DNA of 42,852 nucleotides from a bacterium (GTDB lineage Bacteria; Bacillota_I; Bacilli_A; RF39; UBA660): NCBI GenBank assembly GCA_030524925.1, contig JAUNFS010000006.1, positions 1 to 42,852 of the forward strand, read 5' to 3'. Shown piece by piece: positions 39,833 to 42,852 of this stretch (position 1 is its first letter; each line of letters starts with the position of its first letter). The notes under the pieces were generated by a model. It saw only the letters and a program-made list of their open reading frames with translations, ran no database searches and was not told where the DNA came from. The position numbers and the translations under genes were made by a program.

Positions 39833-40504
39833 GTGGAAATTATAGTATTGTCGCTTTTTCCAAAGATGTTTGATGGTTTCTTAAGCGAGTCAATAATTAA
39901 AAGAGCAATAGATAAAAATATTGTAAGTATTAAAGTAATTAATTTTAGAGATTATTCAGTTTATAATAATAATCAAGTAGATGATACTCCTTATGGTGGA
40001 GGAGCTGGGATGGTTTTAATGTGCGATCCAATATTTAGATGTTTAGATGAAATTAGAGATGATGATTCTTATGTTGTTTTACTTTCACCGGAAGGAAATA
40101 TTTACAATCAAGAAAAAGCTAGAGAATATAAAAATATTAAAAAATTGATAATTATTTGTGGGCATTACGAGGGCTTTGATGAACGAATTAAAGAGGAAGC
40201 CGATGAAATAGTGTCAATTGGGAATTACATTTTAACTGGCGGAGAAATTGGTGCGATGGCAATAATGGATAGTGTAATTAGATTAGTGCCAGGAGTAATT
40301 AATCATGAAAGCTTAGATGATGAAAGTTTTAATGATGGGCTTTTAGATTATCCAGTATATACGAAGCCAGAAGAATATAGAGGAAAGAAAGTTCCGAGTA
40401 TTCTTTTATCTGGTAATCATCAAAAAATTAAAGAATATAGACATAATGAAAGAATTAGGGTTACTAAAGAAAAGAGACCCGATTTGTTAAGTGAAGATGT
40501 ATAG
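39833..40504 (+). CDS. trmD: tRNA (guanine-N1)-methyltransferase
   Basis: VDDTPYGGGAGM, CGHYEGFDER, SIGNYILTGGE, LLSGNH. Confidence 0.97.
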   Translation: MEIIVLSLFPKMFDGFLSESIIKRAIDKNIVSIKVINFRDYSVYNNNQVDDTPYGGGAGMVLMCDPIFRCLDEIRDDDSYVVLLSPEGNIYNQEKAREYKNIKKLIIICGHYEGFDERIKEEADEIVSIGNYILTGGEIGAMAIMDSVIRLVPGVINHESLDDESFNDGLLDYPVYTKPEEYRGKKVPSILLSGNHQKIKEYRHNERIRVTKEKRPDLLSEDV

Positions 40505-40883
40505 AGTTTTTAGATTAAATGATAGACTTAAGCTTAATGATATAATATTTTTTGATGGTTATGAAATAAAAATAAAGAAATGTAATTTAGTAATAATTAA
40601 ACAAGAGTGGATTAATAAACTAATTTGTATGCTTTATGATAATAATTATAATGATTTAATTAGTAGAATACTTTTATTTTTAGATAATGATTCTAGTGAT
40701 GATGCTAGAGATTTACTTGAAGAATTAAGAATTGTTAGAATGATTTTGTATAATAAATATGAAAAGTATTTGGATAAAAAAACACTTAATAAGTATTTAT
40801 TTAAAATTGTTTTATTAAAAAGTGAATTAGAGCAAAGAGTATTAAAAAAAGAAAATAATATAGTTAGAGGAAGACAAATGTAA
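40491..40883 (+). CDS. Hypothetical protein
   Basis: 130 aa ORF overlapping the end of trmD. Confidence 0.65.
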   Translation: MKMYRVFRLNDRLKLNDIIFFDGYEIKIKKCNLVIIKQEWINKLICMLYDNNYNDLISRILLFLDNDSSDDARDLLEELRIVRMILYNKYEKYLDKKTLNKYLFKIVLLKSELEQRVLKKENNIVRGRQM

Positions 40884-40911
40884 TTGTTTTCTTTTTTTCT
40901 GATTTAGGTTA

Positions 40912-40940
40912 TTGAAATTATATTTAAATTTTTATATAAT
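40912..40940 (+). promoter_or_regulatory. SigA promoter for the 40990 gene
   Basis: TTGAAA-17 bp-TATAAT. Confidence 0.7.
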
Positions 40941-40989
40941 GGTATAAGGATAGATAGGTATAAATTAGATGTACTTTTGGAGGTCACAT

Positions 40990-42852
40990 ATGAGAGAAAA
41001 GTATAGGAAAAGATTGTTAATATATGTTGGAATTTTGTTTTGCTTGATTTCATTAGTTGGTGTGAGTTATGCTGTTTTTAACGGTTATGCTTCACAAAGT
41101 TCAACAAATTCACTTACTGCTACGTGTGTAGAGCTAGTTTTTAGTGGAGAGAACTCCGTTAATTTAACTAATGCTTATCCGATTAGTACTGCGGAAGGTC
41201 TTAAGACGACGCCTTATACTTTTAAGATAAAGAATAATTGTGATAATTATATGCAGTATACAATAATTGCTTCAGTTATTAATACTACAAATGTGCTTGA
41301 TTCTAAGTTTGTTAGAATTGCTTTGGATGGGGATGATGTGGTAAGCCCAACAAATATTAGTGTTTTAAAGAAAATAAATACACCAGCGTCTCTTTCTGGT
41401 TATAGTATTAAAGAAAATTTTGTTTTAAGTGAGACAATGGGAATTAGTAAGAATGAAGAGAAGAACTTTAAGTTTAGAATGTGGCTTGATGGAGATAGTA
41501 GTGAAACTTGGACAAGTGAGCAAGTTGAGGGAATGAATTATCAGTTAAAGATTTCGGTTGTAGCTACTGTTAAGACTAAACCAGCGGATGATTTATATAT
41601 TGCTACTTTAGTTGATGGAGCGGCAAGTAGTTCTTTTCCGACAACTGATGAGTATGATGCGAGCGTGGTTTGTGAAAATGAAAGTGGAACAATTAATACA
41701 GGAGCAACAATTACTTGGAGTGATAATAAGTGGAAGCTAGCAATTGACGATGTTTCTACTGGGGAAACTACATGTACTGTTAAGTTTGTTGAAAGTAAAG
41801 TTAAATTACTGGCCGATGCTATTAAGGGTAAGAATAATAAAAATGTTTCGGTTGTTCAAACAACGCCAGGTTCTGCAGCATCAACTTCTACTGAGGCAGT
41901 TTTAGCAAGTACACAAGATGATTATGGAACTAGCTATTATTTTAGAGGTGCAGTAGAAAATAATTATGTAGAGTACGCTAATATGTGCTGGAGGATAGTA
42001 AGAATAACTGGAAATGGTGCTATAAAATTAGTTCTATATAATTATAATGGATTAACTAGTACTAATAATACTCTAGCAAGTAGTACACCTTGTAATGTAA
42101 CTGGAAACGATTATGCCTTTGCAAGATATGAAGGAGATACTTATACATCAACATTTAATTCAAGTTATAAAGATAATGCTTATGTAGGATTTATGTATGG
42201 CACGGCAGGAGCAAGTTCTTATACAGCTGCTCATGCTAATACTAATCCAAGTACTATGCTTACTAATCTAAATAAATGGTATACAAATGTACTTTCTAAG
42301 CAAGCCGGTTTTAATGATAGTCAGTTAGCAGATACAATATGGTGCAATGATAAGAGTGTAGTAACTGACACAACATTTAAACCTGGTAATTGGACTTTAG
42401 GTACAAATTATGGTTATGCAACTAATAAGAATTATTATAGCGCCACTAAAAGATTGGTACAAGCATCATCATGGAGTGCAGGAGGAACAGGACCTAGTCT
42501 AATATGTCCAAATGATAATAATGGAGGAAAGTTATCAAAGTTTACTGTAAGTGACACAACATATGGTAATGGAGCATTAAGTGGTTATGCTAAAGTTGGA
42601 TTGCTTACTGCAGATGAAATAGTATTTGCTGGTGGTGCTGCATACATGCCAAATTCAACATATTATATAAAAGGTAATGCTAGTTCAAATTATTGGCGGG
42701 CTTTGTCTCCGGGCTACTTTTATGGCGACGACGCTCTCGTTTGGGTTGCTTATGGCGGCGACGGCAGCATTGGCGACGGCTACGTTTACAGCGACATCGG
42801 CGTGCGTCCATCTTTATCACTTAGCTCTGGAGTTAAAATATCTGCCGGTGAT
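40990..42852 (+). CDS. Partial (at least 621 codons) surface protein, paralog of 7478..9712; candidate DGR target
   Basis: GGAGG RBS, MREKYRKRLLIYVGILFCLISLVGVSYAVFN..., YYFRGAVENNY, VGLLTADE, YWRALSP...GVRPSLSL. Open to the window end, so absent from the ORF track. Confidence 0.9.
   Translation, partial: MREKYRKRLLIYVGILFCLISLVGVSYAVFNGYASQSSTNSLTATCVELVFSGENSVNLTNAYPISTAEGLKTTPYTFKIKNNCDNYMQYTIIASVINTTNVLDSKFVRIALDGDDVVSPTNISVLKKINTPASLSGYSIKENFVLSETMGISKNEEKNFKFRMWLDGDSSETWTSEQVEGMNYQLKISVVATVKTKPADDLYIATLVDGAASSSFPTTDEYDASVVCENESGTINTGATITWSDNKWKLAIDDVSTGETTCTVKFVESKVKLLADAIKGKNNKNVSVVQTTPGSAASTSTEAVLASTQDDYGTSYYFRGAVENNYVEYANMCWRIVRITGNGAIKLVLYNYNGLTSTNNTLASSTPCNVTGNDYAFARYEGDTYTSTFNSSYKDNAYVGFMYGTAGASSYTAAHANTNPSTMLTNLNKWYTNVLSKQAGFNDSQLADTIWCNDKSVVTDTTFKPGNWTLGTNYGYATNKNYYSATKRLVQASSWSAGGTGPSLICPNDNNGGKLSKFTVSDTTYGNGALSGYAKVGLLTADEIVFAGGAAYMPNSTYYIKGNASSNYWRALSPGYFYGDDALVWVAYGGDGSIGDGYVYSDIGVRPSLSLSSGVKISAGD
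42691..42810 (+). other. Putative DGR variable region (VR)
   Basis: 20 of 40 codons end in C and none ends in A before the final CCA, in a genome favouring A/T at third positions. Bounded by W...SP and GVRP. Confidence 0.7.

Overview
A 42.9 kb, very AT-rich chromosomal window from a walled low-GC Bacillota/Bacilli organism. It uses the standard code and has ponA/recU/dnaD/nth synteny plus the sporulation genes gerM, gerE and spoIIIAH. An uncultured RF39-like gut lineage is my inference. Core genes: tRNA-Met, T-box-controlled proS, xerC-like recombinase, ppdK, cca, dnaD, nth, ponA, recU, engB, der, rimM, trmD, plus a complete BceRS/BceAB-type module. Several signals are not explained by the ORF track. 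(1) An unannotated partial surface-protein gene (40990..>42852) has a C-terminus with the codon signature of a diversity-generating-retroelement variable region. Its paralog (7478..9712) sits behind a promoter with a G9 tract in the -35/-10 spacer. (2) Two 49-nt pseudoknot repeats with compensatory changes, flanked by a promoter and a terminator, precede a broken toxin-like fragment; this looks like an orphaned type III (CptIN-like) toxin-antitoxin locus. (3) Two unannotated double-glycine peptides with GxxxG motifs and C-terminal Cys follow a C39-peptidase ABC exporter. (4) Also present are a homopolymer-frameshifted membrane gene, a GDPD-like pseudoenzyme and small ORFs with strong RBSs. All family calls are by motif recognition; no searches were run.
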